Assembly: GCA_963708135.1 (NCBI GenBank)
Contig: OY970192.1
Coordinates: 3,360,001 to 3,424,000, forward strand
Length of the DNA stretch: 64,000 nucleotides
Reading direction: 5' to 3'
DNA from: an uncultured Gemmatimonadales bacterium
Lineage (GTDB): Bacteria > Gemmatimonadota > Gemmatimonadetes > Longimicrobiales > RSA9
The position numbers and the translations under genes are program-made. Numbering within the stretch: the stretch's first letter is position 1; each line of letters starts with the position of its first letter. Positions 10,681-19,993 of this stretch are shown here, in pieces. A model generated the notes under the pieces. That model was not told where the DNA came from. It did no database searches and worked only from the letters and a program-made list of their open reading frames with translations.

Positions 10681-13092
10681 CTACTCGCCCACCAGCCGCG
10701 CCAGCGCGCGGCGCACGCCTTCGACCTCTGGTACGAGGGAGGGCTCCGGGTCGGTGCGCAGCGCCAGATAGCGACGGTACGCCTCGATCGCGCCGCGGCG
10801 GTCCCCGGTGAGCGCCGCCAGCCGGCCTTCCTCCCGCAGCAGGTCGGCCTGGTAGCCGACGACCTGGTGGTGGTACTCGCGCCGGCGCACCGCCGCCAGT
10901 GCGCGCTTCGGCTCTCCGAGCTTCTCCCAGAGGCGGGCGGCGAGCAGGTTGAGCTGGCGCGTGGGGCCGGCCATCTGCCCCGCGGCCACATCGCGGTCCA
11001 GCCTTTCCAGCGCCGCCCGGGCATCGGGCGCGCCACGTGCCACCGCCGCCGTGGCGTCCACCGCCTCCGCCAGCATCTCCGTCACCGGCGAGGCTCCTGA
11101 GCCCGCGCGGGCCGCACGCAGCCGAGCGGCGGTTTCCGCGGCGGTCGAGGTGTTCCCGCGCCGGATGCGCCAGAGCTCGGCGGCCGTGCGCAGCGCGACC
11201 CATCGCCGCATGAGGTCGAGTGACGCGGGCGGGCTCCCCGCCACCTGCGGCCAGACCGCTGCCAGCGCACTGTCGGCCGCCGCCGCGCTCCCATCGGAGA
11301 AGACCGCGTCGGAGAGCACCTGGAAGTCCTGGAAGCCCTGCGCGGGCGCGGGCGCGTCCGCCATGATCGCGGCTGCCCGCGCCGGCTGCCCCATGGCCCG
11401 CTCCAGCCGGGCCGCCGCCGAGCGAACCGCGAGCTGCTCGCTGGGCGTTCCGGTCCGTGCCAGCCCGGCCTCGACCGCGGCCCGCGCGTCCTCCAGGCCC
11501 GCAGCCTCCAGCTCCGCCGTGCCGATGATCCGGAGCAGGCTCTGGATCGACGTCCTGGGGAACTCCGCCCGCAGCCGCGCGAGCGCCGCGGTGTCGTGCG
11601 CCGCGAGCGCGACGCGCCAGCGGACGAACGCGACGACGTCGCCTTCGGGGTTGATGGCGGCGAAGCGGTCCGCCAGCCGGCGCGCCCGTCCGATGTCGCC
11701 CTCGCGGATCGAGACCTCCACCAGGTGCATCAGCGGCACCGCGTAGCTGGAGTCCAGCTCCACGGCGCGCGAGAGGGCCGCATCCGCCCGCCGGATCGCA
11801 TCCGCCTGCCCGAGGTAGCCTCCGTCGTGGAACTCCAGGTCGCCCAGGACGTTCCACGCCTCCGGCCGGTCGGGCGCCGCCTGCACCGCGCGCTGCGCGG
11901 CCTCGATCGCGTCCGCATACGACGGCGGCCGCGGCCCCTCGCCGTGCGGCCCGGGTGGGCCGGCAATCGCGTCCAGGAGCGCCCGGTCGCGGCCGCTCAG
12001 CCGGTCGCGCAGCGACCACGCCGGCTGCACCAGCGCCCCGGTCTCCTGGTCGATCACCCAGTTCCCCGCCACCAGGCGGCCCAGCGCCGCCAGCGCGAAC
12101 GTCGAGTCCAGCTCGAGTGCCCGGTTGTAGTCCGCCAGCGCCTTCTGGTAGGCGCCACGCCTGTAGGCGACGCTGCCGTCCAGGTACGCGCGCAGCGCCG
12201 GCAGCGGGGTGGCCGAGAGCGCCGCCAGATGCCGCGCGTCCTCCCCCGCGCCGCCCGCCAGGAGCTGCCCCGCCAGCCGGTCCACCAGCGCCGGAAGCGA
12301 GTCGGGCGCTCCCTCCACGCTCGCCCGCGCCCGGGTCCCGCCGCCGCGGGCGTCCAGGAGTGAGGCGGAGAGCGTGAGGTGCGACGCCGACCCCACGACG
12401 GTGCCCTCCAGCAGCCCGCCCGCACCCAGCTGGCGGGCGAGGCCGAGCGCAGCGTCCTGGTCGAGGTCGTCCGCGCCGGAGCCGCCCGCGGACCGCCACG
12501 CCGCGAGCAGCGTCCGCGGCTCGACCGCCCGCGGCCCGCCCTCGCCCGTGAGCTTGGCGGCCAGGAGATCGAGCATGCCTTCCCGCAGATACGAGAGGGA
12601 GGGATCCGCGGCCGCGACCCGGAACGGCACCACGGCGACCAGCCCGCGGTCGAGCTCCGCGCCTTCGTGGTGCAGCCGCGCCGCCGTGAGCCACGCGCCC
12701 GAAAGGGCGACCGCGACGCCGAGCGCGAACCATGGGGCGCGGCGGGAGCGCCGGCCGGCGGCGAACGCGCGCGCAGGAGCCGCGGGGGCGACGTCGCCTG
12801 CAGGCACTTCGTGCGACGTCTCCGCCCCCGCCTCGCCGGCGTCCGCCGGCCCCTCGTCCCACCGCACCCCCTCCGGCGTGACCTGGAGCGCCCAGGCCAG
12901 TGTCACGGCGATAGGGAACCCGGCGAGGGCGAGGACCCAGAGGAGCGTCATCGTCCACGCGGGCAGGCGCAGCGGAGCGACGGCCAGATCCACGGCCTGG
13001 AGGACGCCGAATGCCACGACGGCATAGGCGGCAGCCACGCGGAACACCTTCCGGCGGCGGAGCTCGGAGATGAAGGACGGCTTGTGGGTCAT
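10681..13092 (-). CDS. Membrane-anchored TPR protein (TolB-N-like domain)
   Basis: ELRRRKVFRVAAAY TM module, VAVVPF...LREGMLDLL, ALRAYLDG, ALELDSTFALA TPR motifs. Confidence 0.85.
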   Translation of the reverse strand: MTHKPSFISELRRRKVFRVAAAYAVVAFGVLQAVDLAVAPLRLPAWTMTLLWVLALAGFPIAVTLAWALQVTPEGVRWDEGPADAGEAGAETSHEVPAGDVAPAAPARAFAAGRRSRRAPWFALGVAVALSGAWLTAARLHHEGAELDRGLVAVVPFRVAAADPSLSYLREGMLDLLAAKLTGEGGPRAVEPRTLLAAWRSAGGSGADDLDQDAALGLARQLGAGGLLEGTVVGSASHLTLSASLLDARGGGTRARASVEGAPDSLPALVDRLAGQLLAGGAGEDARHLAALSATPLPALRAYLDGSVAYRRGAYQKALADYNRALELDSTFALAALGRLVAGNWVIDQETGALVQPAWSLRDRLSGRDRALLDAIAGPPGPHGEGPRPPSYADAIEAAQRAVQAAPDRPEAWNVLGDLEFHDGGYLGQADAIRRADAALSRAVELDSSYAVPLMHLVEVSIREGDIGRARRLADRFAAINPEGDVVAFVRWRVALAAHDTAALARLRAEFPRTSIQSLLRIIGTAELEAAGLEDARAAVEAGLARTGTPSEQLAVRSAAARLERAMGQPARAAAIMADAPAPAQGFQDFQVLSDAVFSDGSAAAADSALAAVWPQVAGSPPASLDLMRRWVALRTAAELWRIRRGNTSTAAETAARLRAARAGSGASPVTEMLAEAVDATAAVARGAPDARAALERLDRDVAAGQMAGPTRQLNLLAARLWEKLGEPKRALAAVRRREYHHQVVGYQADLLREEGRLAALTGDRRGAIEAYRRYLALRTDPEPSLVPEVEGVRRALARLVGE

Positions 13093-13114
13093 TGCGAACC
13101 GGATTGGCGTTGGG

Positions 13115-14446
13115 TCAGCCCTTCGGCGCGGGATCGAACTCCACGACGAGGTGGGAGGGGAACGGTCCGTCCATCTGCAGCGTGCCGTCCGTTCCGGCGG
13201 CCCTCCGCAGGTTGGGCCGGCCGAGGACGGCCTGCGCGATGCGCGGGATCTGCACCATGTTGATATACTGCCCGAAACAGGTGTGCATGCCGTAGCCGAA
13301 GTGCATGTATTCGTGGGCCGGGCGGTCCACCCGGAACTCCTCCGGCGACGGGATGCGGTCGCCGTCGAAGGTGGCCGACTGCAGCACGGCCAGCACCCTG
13401 GTCCCCGCCTTCAGGGTCGTGGCGCGATGCGTGCCCCGGGCGATGGTGTAGTCCGCCAGGACCATGCGCGGGACGCCGGGGCCGAGCGGGTTGAACCGCA
13501 TCGCCTCCGAAACGTAGCTCGCGACGGTGCCGCTGTCGCCCCTGGCCGCGGCGGCGTGCGCCAGCGCGAGCTCGCGGGGCCGGCGCAGCAGCTCGTCGAT
13601 GGCGCGCGCCGCCATGGCCGCGGTGGTCGGAATCGCACCGACGACCAGCCCGAAGAGGTTCACCGCGAGCGTCTCGTCGTCCATCCCCGGCACGCCGGCA
13701 TCCTGGAGCACGAGGCAGCGCTCGAGGACATCGTCGCGCGGGCCGCGCGCCGACTTCCGCGCGGCGATCGAGGCGCGCAGGGCGGTGAGCATCCGGCCGG
13801 CCGCCTGCTGCGCCCCGGCGCGCAGGTTGGCGGCGGAGAGGAAGAGGTAGCCGGAGATCAGCCCGGCCTCCGTGGCGAAGGCGCCGGGCGTGGGGCTGGG
13901 CGTGCCGAAGTAGTCCGCCACGAACTCGCCGGCGACGCGCAGCGCCAGCTCCTGCACCACGTCGATGCGCCCGGGGGCCGCCGCCACGATCGCGTCCGCC
14001 GTCGTGGCGACGAACGGAGCGATGCGAGCCGGGATGTCGTCCCGCCGCACCACGATGCGCATGTTGGAGACGTCGCGCTGGTACTCCGGCGTGTTGCTCA
14101 TCCCCAGGAAGAAGTTCCGCCCACCGGTGAGCTCGGCGAAGTTGTCGGCGTACGGCACCTGGAAGACCGCGTCGCGGGAGAGGACCTCCTGCACGTCCTC
14201 GAACCGGGTGACCAGGGTGAGGTCCTTGATCGTCAGGATCGGCTTCAGCCGGCGCAGCACCGCGAAGATCCGCTCGGGGTGCGCCACCGCCCACGCTTTC
14301 AGGCCGTCCTCGATGTGGTGCAGCTCCGTGCCGAGGGCGCCGAGCTCCTCATCGACGAGGTGGGCGATCTCGTGCGGGAGCGCGGCCGCGTGCCGGCCGA
14401 TCTTCGCCTCGATCGCCTCGATGCGCGAGATGATCGCCTCATGCAC
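13115..14446 (-). CDS. Cytochrome P450 domain with its own possible start
   Basis: In-frame GTG at 14446 preceded by GGAGG (14458-14454); heme Cys motif near the C-terminus. Confidence 0.6.
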   Translation of the reverse strand: MHEAIISRIEAIEAKIGRHAAALPHEIAHLVDEELGALGTELHHIEDGLKAWAVAHPERIFAVLRRLKPILTIKDLTLVTRFEDVQEVLSRDAVFQVPYADNFAELTGGRNFFLGMSNTPEYQRDVSNMRIVVRRDDIPARIAPFVATTADAIVAAAPGRIDVVQELALRVAGEFVADYFGTPSPTPGAFATEAGLISGYLFLSAANLRAGAQQAAGRMLTALRASIAARKSARGPRDDVLERCLVLQDAGVPGMDDETLAVNLFGLVVGAIPTTAAMAARAIDELLRRPRELALAHAAAARGDSGTVASYVSEAMRFNPLGPGVPRMVLADYTIARGTHRATTLKAGTRVLAVLQSATFDGDRIPSPEEFRVDRPAHEYMHFGYGMHTCFGQYINMVQIPRIAQAVLGRPNLRRAAGTDGTLQMDGPFPSHLVVEFDPAPKG

Positions 14447-15914
14447 GGGGGCACCTCCGGGTGATGGCATTGGCAGGGTGTCGTCGCCGACGCCCGTCTC
14501 GTCGAAGCGGATCAGCCGCGCCTCGAGCACGTCCCGGGCGCGCACCATCCAGCGGAGCGCCGTGATGCTCGGCATGAAGAAGTAGGCGCCGCCGCGCATC
14601 TCGACGAGCTGGGGCAGGCCGAAGCAGACGTGTGGCCGGTGGCCCCCGGGCGCGCTGGCGTCGCCCGGGATCACCATCTTGTCCGAGGCCGCCCGGCTGC
14701 CCATGAGGGGGTCGGTGTCGTTTCCCTGGCTGAACTCGTTTCCGTAGTTGAGCCACTGCTGCAGCACGAACTCGAACTGCTCCTGCAGCGAGGCGCACAG
14801 CGCGACGAAGATCACCCCGTGCTCGCCGGTGTCATCGCCCGGCTCGTCGGCCGGGATCCACCGGCCGTACGGCAGCCCGCGGCGGATGATGCGGCGGCCG
14901 GCGGTCAGCGAGGTGCCGAAGCCGAGGGCATCGCGGGGGTTGGCGCGGCGGATGTGGGAGCCGAGCGGGCAGCGCAGTCCGTCGGGGTCGGCGGCGTAGC
15001 GGAAGTCGATCACGCGGTCGGCGTCCGCCACGATCGATGGATCGGGGTGATCGGGTGACAGGGCGAGGGGCGTCCCGTCGCGCCAGCGCCCGACCATCTT
15101 CGCCGCGAGTCGCTCCGGGCCGCCCGGAACGCGCGCTCCCTCCTCGGCGAGGAACCGCCGGAAGCTGCCCACGTTCTGGTGCAGCTTGGTGTACGCGACG
15201 AAGGTCCCGTTCCTGAACAGGTTGATCGGCGGCGGGGTGTGCGCGATCTCGCCCGCTTCGTTGCGGTGGCCGAGAAGGAACTCGCCCGCCGCGACCGGCT
15301 CCCAACCGCGGTCCGTCGGCTTGCCGCCGCCGGGCCTGGGCGGCAGTCCGGTCGAGGCGATGTGCGGATTCCCGAAGCCGTCCGAGTAGCCGAAGTGCTC
15401 CTTGTTGCTCGGCTTCCCGCCGATGACCAGGGCGCCCGCATCCTGGCTCCCGACCAGTGTGGCGCCACCCGACGTCCGGCGCAGGTCCTCGAGCCAGGCG
15501 ACGCGGGCCGCGAGCGCATCCGGATCCCTCGCGCCGATCATGACGAAGCAGTGCACGGCTTCGTCGCGCCAGAGCGGTTCCCACCTGCTCGGGTCGCTCG
15601 GCCCGACCTCGCCCAGCGTGCGCGCGCGCGCGCGAAATCCCTGCCGGAAGTCGGCGGGGAACGCATTCGAGGGCGTCCGGCGGCAGGCCGAGCGCCTGCA
15701 GCCCGGGGTAGCTGAAGGCGACGTTCACCGTGGAGGCCGGCTTCCCGCCGTCCCATTCCACCGACGTCGTGACCTCGTGGGTGATCGCCTCGACGAGGCT
15801 GCGCGCCTTCGCGGCGTCATCGAACCGCAGGAAGACGTAGCGCGCCACCCTCGAGCGGTAGCCGCGGATGATGTTCCCCTGGATGTCGGCCAGGTCGAGC
15901 CGAAGTTCGCTCAT
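13115..15914 (-). CDS. DyP-type peroxidase fused (as read) to a cytochrome P450; +1 frameshift near 15662-15669
   Basis: DyP motifs DIQGNI, EHFGYSDG, HIRRANPRD, RRGLPYG, YFFMPS; P450 motifs EAMR (ExxR) and FGYGMHTCFG. The N-terminus (MSELRLDL, ATG 15914) is in another frame and joins if one base is removed. Confidence 0.85.
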
Positions 15915-16504
15915 ATCGTCCCCGGCGCTGGCGGTGCGGCGCCCTGCAGGTCTTCTGCGAAGGCGCTGAAGGCGCGCTGCAGATCCGCCGCCGGCGCGCC
16001 CTGATGGTGCCGCAGGAAGTCGATCAGCCGCCGCTGGGTGTCGAGCGCCCGCAGCACGCCCGACAGCGGCGTCGTCGCATACGCGCCGAAGGCGAAGGTC
16101 GAGGTGATCCGGCAGCGGCCCATGTAGCGCCGGAACGCCTCGAGATCGCGCGTTCCCGGAAAGCCGACGCAATGCTCCCAGAGCGCGTCGACCAGGTCGC
16201 CCGCCTTCATCGCCAGGGCCACGAGAAAGGCGGGGAGGTCCCCGTCGAAGTCGGCGGTGAAGACCAGGTACTTCGACCGGAGGTGATCCTCCCTGGCCGG
16301 GATGCCCTGGTTCCGCACGTCGTCCAGCACGACGAAGCGGCACACGTGCAGCGTCGGGATGGCGGCCAGCGGACTCCCGGCGCCCTGCGGGAGCTGTGAG
16401 AGGACGGTGCGGATCGCCGTCGCGTGCACGGACCCGCGGGTGTGGCCCCCGATGATCGGGGAGAGGATCGTGAGGGCGTAGGCCTGGCCGAAGCGATCGG
16501 GCAT
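15911..16504 (-). CDS. DyP-associated small protein 2 (uncharacterised)
   Basis: 197 aa with LHVCRFVV and YLVFTADFDG motifs; ATGA overlap with the DyP start. Confidence 0.85.
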   Translation of the reverse strand: MPDRFGQAYALTILSPIIGGHTRGSVHATAIRTVLSQLPQGAGSPLAAIPTLHVCRFVVLDDVRNQGIPAREDHLRSKYLVFTADFDGDLPAFLVALAMKAGDLVDALWEHCVGFPGTRDLEAFRRYMGRCRITSTFAFGAYATTPLSGVLRALDTQRRLIDFLRHHQGAPAADLQRAFSAFAEDLQGAAPPAPGTI

Positions 16505-16510
16505 GGGGCC

Positions 16511-17171
16511 TCAGGCCGGCGGCGGGGCGGACGGCGTGAGCGTCGGCTCGGTGCTCGCATCGAGGGCCACCGCCACCGCATTCGGGGCCCGTCGTGGACA
16601 GCGACCCCTGGACCGAGGTGACGAAGGCGTAGAACGCGCGCTCGAACTCCTCGGGAGACAGGCCCCGGCTGGCCGGGATGAAGGCGTCCAGCCGCGCCTG
16701 CAGGTCGATCGCGTGACGGATGTCGCTGGTGGTCGCGCCCGGCGTCGCGTTGTAGTAGTAGTCGTTGTCGTACTGGTTCTGCGCGATGTAGGCCAGAAAC
16801 GGCGTGATCGGCCGGGAGCCCGGATAGCTCGTGGACCAGCGCCAGATGTTGTTCATGCCACCGGGGATCACCTCCGAGAAGGCGTCGATGTACTGCTCCC
16901 AGCTGCCGTTGAAGTTGCTGCAGAAGAGGAGGTAGTCGTAGTGGAGCGATTCCTCCGGCTGCGACGGGTCGAGCCGCGGGAAGCGGCCGCGCGGAATGAT
17001 CACCCAGCGGGCGAAATGGATGAACGAGAGGTTGGCCAGGTTCTGCTGGTCCTTCTTCGGCACGCCGAGGCGCCCGATCACGAAAAACACCAGGCGCAGG
17101 AAGACCGTCTTCCACGGCGCCATGGGCGTGGTGTTGGTGATGGCGAAGGCTTTCCCGGCGACATTGGCCAT
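16511..17171 (-). CDS. DyP-associated small protein 1 (uncharacterised); apparent +1 frameshift near 16577-16587
   Basis: MANVAGKA start; IHFARWVII and YLLFCSNFNG motifs. Removing one base gives a TGA at 16511, 6 nt before the next ATG. Confidence 0.8.
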
Positions 17172-17503
17172 CCGCTGCTCCAACCGTCGGGTGGGAAGCA
17201 CACTCGGGCGACCGCTGACACGCTGCGGCATGGCCCGGCGAGGACTGCCAAGATGCGCCCGGCGGGGCTGTTCGCGGAAGGGTCTTGTGGCTCGGCTCGT
17301 CGCCGTCTCACGTGGGCTCCGCCGGCCGGCGACCGGCGGGCGACCGGCGACGGTTCGCCCCCGTGTGCGTGCGCGTGTGCGTGTGCGGTGGTTCGTGCCG
17401 TGTCTTCACGCCCGGCACGCTTGCGCGACCGGCTTGCGCTCGCGCGCGGCCGCACGCGGGTCGCGCAGGCGCAAAAGGGGGTGCCGAAAAGGGTCGGGGG
17501 CGC

Positions 17504-17737
17504 GGGGACGGGGACGGGGACGGGGACGGGGACGGGGACGGGCACGGGCACGGGCACGGGCACGGGCACGGGCACGGGGCACGGGGCACGGGCACGGGGG
17601 ACGGGCGCGGGCACACGCTACGCCCGGCACGCTTACGGGCACACGCGTTCGCACACGGGCACACGCACGGGCACTGTCACACCCACACGCATACGCACAC
17701 GGGTTCGCACCTGCACACGCACACGCACACGCACACG
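17504..17737. repeat. Hexamer microsatellite (GGGGAC/GGGCAC grading to GCACAC)
   Basis: Visible tandem units; the reverse-complementary GTGTGC tract lies at 17363-17387. Confidence 0.95.
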
Positions 17738-17771
17738 GGTCCTATCCCCCGCAGCGAAGAAGAGGTGCTCC

Positions 17772-18098
17772 ATGATATGCCGAATCTGGCGTGGCTGGAC
17801 CACACCGGCCGATTCAGACACGTACGAACGGTTGCTCCGTAGCGAGATCATCGTGGGGATCGCCGAGCGAAACATTCCCGGGTTCCGCCGGATCGATGTG
17901 CTGCGTCGCGATCTGTCGGATGGCAGCGAGTTCACGACGCTGATGTGGTTCGACGATCTCGATGCGGTGCGACTCTTCGCGGGCGAGGATTACGAGGCGG
18001 CCGTCGTGCCACCCGCGGCGCGTCAGGTGCTGGCCAGGTTCGATGAGCGCAGCGCGCATTGCCGCGTTCTGGAGCAGCTCGAGCCGGGCGGAGGATGA
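17772..18098 (+). CDS. Antibiotic biosynthesis monooxygenase-like (dimeric alpha/beta barrel) protein
   Basis: MICRIWRGWT...EFTTLMWFDDLDAVRLFAGEDYEAAVVP; GAGG RBS. Confidence 0.8.
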   Translation: MICRIWRGWTTPADSDTYERLLRSEIIVGIAERNIPGFRRIDVLRRDLSDGSEFTTLMWFDDLDAVRLFAGEDYEAAVVPPAARQVLARFDERSAHCRVLEQLEPGGG

Positions 18099-18126
18099 CG
18101 GCGAGTCCGCGGGCCGCGTGGAATCC

Positions 18127-19041
18127 TCAGCCCCACCCGCCCGTCCCGAGCGCCCGCACGAGATCGACCAGCGCCGCGTCCGGTTCCTCCTGAAGGCGCC
18201 GCCACGTCACGCGCATCACGCGCAGCCCGGCGGCCATCAGCTCGGCGTCCCGCCGCCGATCCCGCTCGAACGCCAGCTGCGATGAGTGGAACGCGAAGCC
18301 GTCGACTTCGACCACGAGCCGCTGCTTCCTCCACAGGAGATCGACCTGGTGCCCCGCAACCCGGACGTTCACCTCCGGCTCCGGCAGCTTCCCCCGGCGG
18401 ACCAGGTCGAGCAGCCGCTCCTCCGCCTCCGACCGCGTCCGCGCCGGCTCGCCCCGGTCCAGCAGCGCGCGCAGCTCCGGCGATCCCGGCCCGCGCGGGT
18501 GGCGCGCCAGCAGCCTCCGGAGCTCCTGCGGCGTGGTGAGCCGGAGCGCGAGCGCCTCGGCCAGCGCCCGCTCGAGTCCTCGCCCATCCAGCACGCCGGC
18601 AAGGTCGTAGAGGGTGCGGGCGGGAGTGGTGATCGGGATGCCGTCGAGGGTGGTGACCTCGTCGACGCGGAGGGTGGTCACACGGCGGACCAGCAGGCCC
18701 GGCTTTCTCGGGTCGCCTGCGCGTGCCATTACCTCGATCGGCCCGGCGGCAGCCGTGCCCGGGATGCGCCACAGCCGCGCCGCGGTCCCGTGGCTCAGGA
18801 CCGCCGAGGGTCCGCACGCCAGCGCGGCCGCCATCTCCGCCGCGAGCGGCGGCGCCGTCGGTCCCGCCAGGTAGACACCTCGATGCAACGCTCTCAGCCG
18901 CCCCGCCTGAACGCGTCGATCGATCGCATCGGCACTCACGCCTCCGGCCAGCAACTGGCTGCGGGCGACGACCCCGTGCTGCCGCCCGGCCAGCACGGCG
19001 ACGATCTCCTCCGCGTTCCGTGGCCCTGGCGGCGCGTGCAT
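18127..19041 (-). CDS. AbiEi-like N-terminal domain plus DUF559 (Vsr-like PD-(D/E)xK) endonuclease
   Basis: RQHGVV...LHRGVY, VLSHGTAA, TTPARTL, TRSEAEER, VDLLW...LVVEVDG..FH...DRRRD. Confidence 0.9.
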   Translation of the reverse strand: MHAPPGPRNAEEIVAVLAGRQHGVVARSQLLAGGVSADAIDRRVQAGRLRALHRGVYLAGPTAPPLAAEMAAALACGPSAVLSHGTAARLWRIPGTAAAGPIEVMARAGDPRKPGLLVRRVTTLRVDEVTTLDGIPITTPARTLYDLAGVLDGRGLERALAEALALRLTTPQELRRLLARHPRGPGSPELRALLDRGEPARTRSEAEERLLDLVRRGKLPEPEVNVRVAGHQVDLLWRKQRLVVEVDGFAFHSSQLAFERDRRRDAELMAAGLRVMRVTWRRLQEEPDAALVDLVRALGTGGWG

Positions 19042-19111
19042 GGCGATCGAGCCTCCCGGTGTTCGGATTGTCGATCCGGCGCGCTCCGCGGGTGGCCCCG
19101 GCGGGCGCCGC

Positions 19112-19260
19112 GGTGCCCGGGAGCGCCCGGGTCCTGGCGGGCGCCCTGGTCCTCGGCGGGCGCGCTGGTGCCCGGCGGGCGCGGCGGTCCTCGGCGGGCG
19201 CCCTGGTCCTCGGCGGGCGCGCTGGTGCCCGGCGGGCGCGCCGGTCCTCGGCGGGCGCCC
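19112..19260. repeat. Tandem repeat of about 19 bp (GGTCCTCGGCGGGCGCCCT-like, about 7 copies)
   Basis: Visible, with a higher-order 57-bp period. Confidence 0.85.
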
Positions 19261-19300
19261 GCGTCGCCGGCCGACGCCCCGGTTGCGTGCGGCGGGCGCG

Positions 19301-19470
19301 GTGAACTCCCCACGCGTACCCCGGCTCGGAGACGGTTGGGGAGTTGACCGCGCTATTCGTTGTCAACTCCCCACGGACCTCAGGTCCATGGGAACCATTG
19401 GGGACTTTGCCGCGCTATTCGTTGTCAACTCCCCAAACGTCGATTTCACGACCGATCCGTGGGGACTTTC
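19301..19470. repeat. Mini repeat-spacer array: two 37-bp palindromic repeats, two half repeats, three unique 24-25 bp spacers
   Basis: Repeats at 19337-19373 and 19399-19435 (TGGGGA.TT..CCGCGCTATTCGTTGTCAACTCCCCA); half repeats end at 19312 and start at 19460. Confidence 0.85.
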
Positions 19471-19520
19471 CTGCCCCCGTCCCGCCCGCGGTGCCGGCCA
19501 TGGGATCGGCGCCCGGGTGC

Positions 19521-19765
19521 CCGCCCCGCGCCGCGCCCCCCACCTCCCCCGCACGGTCGCCTCGCCACCGCGGCACCGCCATGGCGGGATCGGCCGCCAG
19601 ACACCCGCCCCGCGCCGCGCCCCCCACCTCCCCCGCACGGTCGCCTCGCCACCGCGGCACCGCCATGGCGGGATCGGCCGCCAGACGCCCGCCCCGCGCC
19701 GCGCCCCCCACCTCCCCCGCGCACGGTCGCCTCGCCGCCGGGGCGCCGCCATGCCTGGATCGGCC
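19521..19765. repeat. 84-bp tandem repeat, about 2.8 copies
   Basis: ccgccccgcgccgcgccccccacctcccccgc recurs at 19521, 19605 and about 19689. Confidence 0.9.
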
Positions 19766-19993
19766 GACGTGTGCTGACCGAGCGCCGCGTCCGGCGAGAG
19801 AAAGCCGGGGCACCTCGTGGAGGCAGGGTCACCGTGGACGCGCGCCCGGGCGTCTCCAGGCGTCCCGGAGGGTGGGGGTTGACGCCGGCGGTGGCGTCCT
19901 GAGGCGACCTCGCCCACATTCTGGCGTCCGTGGGCAGGACCTTGGCCCGCAACGATCGTCGTCGGCCTCAACGATCCATGAAAGGCGCACCCG

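Noticed and set aside
14832..17231. 799-aa ORF as a single protein
   Set aside because: It is a chimera of gene 1, an off-frame read of gene 2 and the DyP N-terminus, created by the apparent frameshifts
17078..17842. Dipeptide-repeat ORFs (PV, GT, GD/GH, HT runs)
   Set aside because: Translations of the microsatellite, with no evidence of coding
19301..19470. Canonical CRISPR array
   Set aside because: Only two full repeats, short spacers and no cas genes; kept as an unclassified array
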